Below are positions 60,013-64,000 of a stretch of DNA of 64,000 nt, piece after piece. Below the pieces are notes generated by a model. It was not told the DNA's origin. It ran no database searches and saw only the letters and a list, made by a program, of their open reading frames with translations. Source of the stretch: Cystobasidiomycetes sp. EMM_F5. Its lineage: Eukaryota. A program made the position numbers and the translations under genes. Within the stretch, counting starts at the first letter, position 1, and each line of letters starts with the position of its first letter. Location: the NCBI GenBank assembly GCA_051047955.1, contig JBPGPT010000022.1:186001-250000 (forward strand), written 5' to 3'.

Positions 60013-61705
60013 ATGGCGGGTAATCAATTCGTATCTGACAAGGACATATCCATGGATGAGCGCAGTCTGAGCAGCGCTGACGAGGAGCACGACAGTCTGC
60101 AAGCAGTCGAAGCAGTGCCCACGCCTACAGACAGCCCGCAGTCCGTCTTTCACGCCGTCACCGAGCCCATCAAGCGAGTACTCCACAGTAGAGGGACGAG
60201 AACTGCGGCAGTATCGTCGGCAGTCTTGGGTGTCCTCGTCTGCTTGTCCCTCTTTGCGGCAGTCGTCGCATACGTCTGCTTTTACCAAGTATACATCCCT
60301 CAGAAGGGTTTCGAGAGGGAGGTCCTGCTGCAGTATGGGTGAGCGAAACGGCATATTGCTCACCCTACGATTTCATACTGATGCTCTGCGCGCTTGCAGA
60401 CTCGGCAAACCGCCATTCGCTCAGGTAGACCTCTCGACAGCTAGTATTACGTCGGAGCAGATATACGATGTAGTGCTGGAGGTCGTCGCACCCGCTTCGC
60501 CAAACAATGTGCAGCTCGGTACACATCACGGTCTACACCTCATGTAACTCAATCTTCTGCTGAAACATCGCTACATCAGGCAATTTCATGGTCACGCTGG
60601 ACATACAGGATCCCACCGGCAAGACTGTCATTCAGGCGACACGACCAGTGAGCATTCTTTGTTAGATTTCTCGATTTGACTGAACACCGCTCTCAGGCGT
60701 CATTAATCTACGTGCCTCCTCTCATACACCTCGTGCAAACATTTCTCCGACTGCCACTCACTCTGCTCGGCTTCAGGCGATGGTCAACAGATCAGCACAT
60801 TTCTGTCCCTCTCGTCACACGAAAAGCCATAAGGACATACACAACAGGGGCAATCGCTTCTGCCATCGTGTTTATCGGAAGACTCGATGCATATGCCCCC
60901 ACAGCAGCAGTGCCGACGGAAGGTACCGTATGTCACGATAGCAGGGCAATGGTAGTTCCGCAAAGAGCCTGTGCAGGCATGCCGGAGCTACAGGTCTATT
61001 CTGCAAAATTACGATTTACCGCTCATTTGCAGGGCATAAGGTGAGTCACCTTATCGGATTGATAGATTCAATTACTCAAATTCTCCTCTCTGCCTGTGAT
61101 CACATGTACGCAGATGGCTCATGTATCATCATCGTGTCATTTCGTTCCTTCTATTCAGCGGTATATTCTTTGGTATCACTTTGTCAACAGCCATCTTCTT
61201 CTGGGCGATTCTAGCACTCCGTAAAGCCATGTCATCTTCGGACATCCCGAAAAGTACCGCAGCGGACGATACCAAGCAAAGTGAGATTGATAGCGGATCG
61301 TCCCCAGTCTACGGTCTCAAGCGCGAAGCAAGTGAGCGTACCTCGTCCTCTGCCCGAGGAGTGCTTCCGCGCGTCCCTTCAATCAGGAGAAGAAGGTCGT
61401 CAGACAGAGATACAGGTACGGTGCTCGGTCATATACCCCTCGGTTCTTCGGCAGAAGAGAGCGAAGGGGAGGCAGTAGATGACAAATCGGGGATAACGCG
61501 GGTCAAGGTGGAGGATGAAGACACAGAGGGAGCGCGGGATGATGTCAGCAGCAAAACCACGTCGGATTCAGTACCGGGCAGTACATCAGCATGGCAAGAC
61601 ATTACCGAAGAAGTCGAGGAGGAAAAGTTGGTATTGCCAATGAAGAAAGACCCAGAAAACGCAGACGCGCAGACAGGGGGCGACGTGAGTCGAGTACTTA
61701 TTTGA
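60013..61705 (+). CDS. Seipin (lipid-droplet biogenesis, BSCL2/Fld1 family)
   Basis: TM1, then FYQVYIP...VLLQYG, QIYDVVLEVVAPASPNNVQL|GNFMV, LQVYSAKLRFTAHLQGIR|WLMYHHRV, TM2 and an acidic tail. Confidence 0.9.
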
Positions 61706-61981
61706 ACCGAATGACCTATTGACAAGACTGCCGTGTCTGTAGACATCGACATACGCAGCATCAACTCGGCCATCAACGTCCTACGCTCCGTCCTTGATTT
61801 CGACAGCTGCAACGACAATGTCGAGGGGGACGGTTCCGAGTCTAAGGCAACGAGCATCGCAAGCATCTTTGCGTTTGCAGCGAACAAAATCGGAAGACGC
61901 GTGAACCGTATGCCTACTGCTACAAGATTTGCCTCGATGTACTGTACCGTTATCGTCGATGCCAAGTGTCCGTGACTTATA

Positions 61982-63028
61982 TTACGTCCTATGCATGGAA
62001 TGTAGCAATACACTCAGGAGGAAGATAGGCAATAGCAGTGTATGTAACACGCTCATATGGAATAATGTGAGGGCGGCGCTGGTAGGGACGACCGTGTTGG
62101 CAGACGATACAGAAGTAGCGTTATTATTGCTGCTACTAATGATGGTCGTTGTGTTCTTTGCCTGCCCCGCCAGGACCCAGTCGATGCCGCCCTTGATGTG
62201 CGATTGAAAGGTTGCGTTTCGCCAAGTATCGTTAGTATGGCCAAGAGAAGTATACCTGGAAGATGAGAGACTACGCATTCAGCATACGTGTATGTGAGCA
62301 AGCCATTTTAACTCACCACATTCTGCCAGGCATGCGGAAGGAACCCGTCTGAACGACTGTCCCGTTTGTCGAATTCATTCCATTCGTGCCTGTTCCGTTG
62401 CCCAAGTCGACTCCGCCCTCTCTGTACCAGCAGATGGGGTGTGGTGTGCCCTGTCGTCTGCTTGCACTGTCCATGTTTCCATCGTCGTATGAATTAGGTT
62501 CAACAGACAGCAGTAGCGAGATGTTTGTTGATCGCGGATCTTGTCGGAAGTTGTAGACTTCTTCGACAAATGTCCATCGTTGCGGTAAGTGACTCGTGGA
62601 TGAGTGGCTTGAGTTTACCACAGTGAATGTCGCTTCTTGGATTGTCGGGTGATAGTCGAAATACGCCCCGAAAGCAGTTCCGAAAAAGGGAGTCGAGAAT
62701 AGAGCAGCTGTTGCGGCATGTATCCCTACGAGACCACCTCCTGAGGTGAGATAGTTTTCGAGGTTCACCTTCTGCGCCGCCGTACTGTTTGCTTTGTAAG
62801 TCGCGTACTCTCGGCATTTAGGCCAAAACGACAGCCTCACTCGAGAATCTCGTCGCTGTTGGAGAGGAAGACCAACGCGTTGAAGCGAGACAGCGAGGTG
62901 CTGTTGTTGAAGACGGCCGGGTCCTCTGAAAAGGTCGCGTTGTAGCCAAACGAGCGAATCACCGTAGTTGCTGCCGGGATACTGTCATGCCTGTAACCAG
63001 CTGTCCGCGAATAGACGAGAATGGACAT
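61982..63028 (-). CDS. ThuA-like (class I glutamine amidotransferase fold) protein with Ser/Thr stalk and hydrophobic C-terminus
   Basis: ILVYSRTAGYRHDSIP, GGGLVGIHAA, FGAYFDYHP, EEVYNF, PHPICW, GRMW|YTSLGH, HIKGGIDW. Confidence 0.85.
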
Positions 63029-63521
63029 GGTTTGGCTCTAATTGCGCACCGTAGTGTCTGTGCTCAGATTGTGCTGGTCATCGTATAAACATGTACTGAG
63101 TCGGGCTGAGCGAGATCGCCGGTGTATATTTTATTCGCGACGGCATTGACAGAATCGGAATCCGATACGTATGTCTCGAAGTGTCCCGCACCACATACAT
63201 ACATGCCTGCACATCGTCCCAGTCATGTTCCGACTCGATTCCGGTTAGCTGAATGGCCTTACGTATGGCTTGAATCCAAGAAGTTCCGAGTTCCGACTTC
63301 CGAGCGGCAACAATCAGCTTTTGAAAGTCTGTTGTAGAATATCGGCTGCAGGTTGTCGTTGTTTTCTCTTGCCAATCTGTGAACTGCTCCTGCCGTATCC
63401 TGCCTCCTGCGAAGCCTTCATCTTTGCTCGTTCGCGTGGGCAAACACTGCGTCACCCTCTCCACTCGTCCCAGTCGGATCCCGAAACCACCTCGAGCCGG
63501 TCAACGGCCTGTCAGCCCACC

Positions 63522-64000
63522 ATGAACGGCACCTCGTCAACGTCTGCACCATTGCGGATAGCTATTGTCGGTGGTGGTGAGCTTAAGTCATCTCGTTGGA
63601 GCGATGTCAGGGCTCCAAGATTCATTGATTGCTCTTCCAAGGGATTGCCGGTCTGACTCTGGCAAGCGGAATCGTACAAGAAATCAATAGAGGTGCAAAT
63701 CTCCAACTGGATGTATACGAGCAAGCGGTAAGTAAGCTAGAAGTCTGATTCTAGCACGTCTCTCACACCGTCTTCCAGGTCAAGTTTGCAGAGATTGGTG
63801 CCGGAGTATCTCTCGGACCGAATTGTAGGTCAAAACGCACCCATGTCTGAGAATCGATCTACTCATCCTCAACTACTTCCTTTCTATGTCTCCAGCTCAA
63901 CGCGCTCTCGCTGTACGGGAAATTCCCTGTTCGCAACGTTTATCGTACTAATCAGAGAACCCGCTTCCCCCTCCATCTTCAGGAAGTCGGCCTAGGGCAT
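63522..64000 (+). CDS. FAD-dependent monooxygenase (salicylate-hydroxylase-like), 5' part only
   Basis: Spliced LRIAIVGG|GIAGLTLA...DVYEQA|VKFAEIGAGVSLGPN shows the GxGxxG FAD-binding motif and the EIGAG motif. Confidence 0.8.

Overview
Gene-dense, intron-rich eukaryotic DNA with short (about 50-70 nt) GT-AG introns and CTRAY branch points. It looks like a fungal nuclear genome, most likely a basidiomycete; the taxon is my inference. I can support about 32 protein-coding genes, and CDS coordinates run from start to stop codon including introns. Recognisable genes: class I photolyase, HMG-box protein, MINDY deubiquitinase, metacaspase, PAC3, SLA2, mitochondrial bL17m, BCP-like peroxiredoxin, class I HDAC, RPS5, ESS2, RSC9-like, HapX-like, a large PPR protein, CMC1 (absent from the ORF track), LIP5, a GT2 cellulose-synthase-like protein, TIM21, BLM10, seipin, a ThuA-like protein and the start of an FAD monooxygenase. 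I saw no transposon, tRNA, rRNA or CRISPR. The most interesting observations: (i) an uncharacterised domain carrying a canonical PCNA-binding PIP box and an NLS, next to the HMG and photolyase genes; (ii) two hidden ubiquitin-like-domain genes in a row with MINDY, metacaspase and PAC3; (iii) a tandem pair of orphan paralogues sharing a 14-nt micro-exon; (iv) a GT2 protein with every catalytic motif degenerate, fused to a CRIB-like N-terminus; (v) a HapX with a degenerate bZIP basic region and an ATCAGATAAG iron-GATA box; (vi) a photolyase with altered Trp-triad and lesion-pocket residues; (vii) a cluster of inverted repeats upstream of the HMG-box gene. All family calls come from motif recognition, not database searches.
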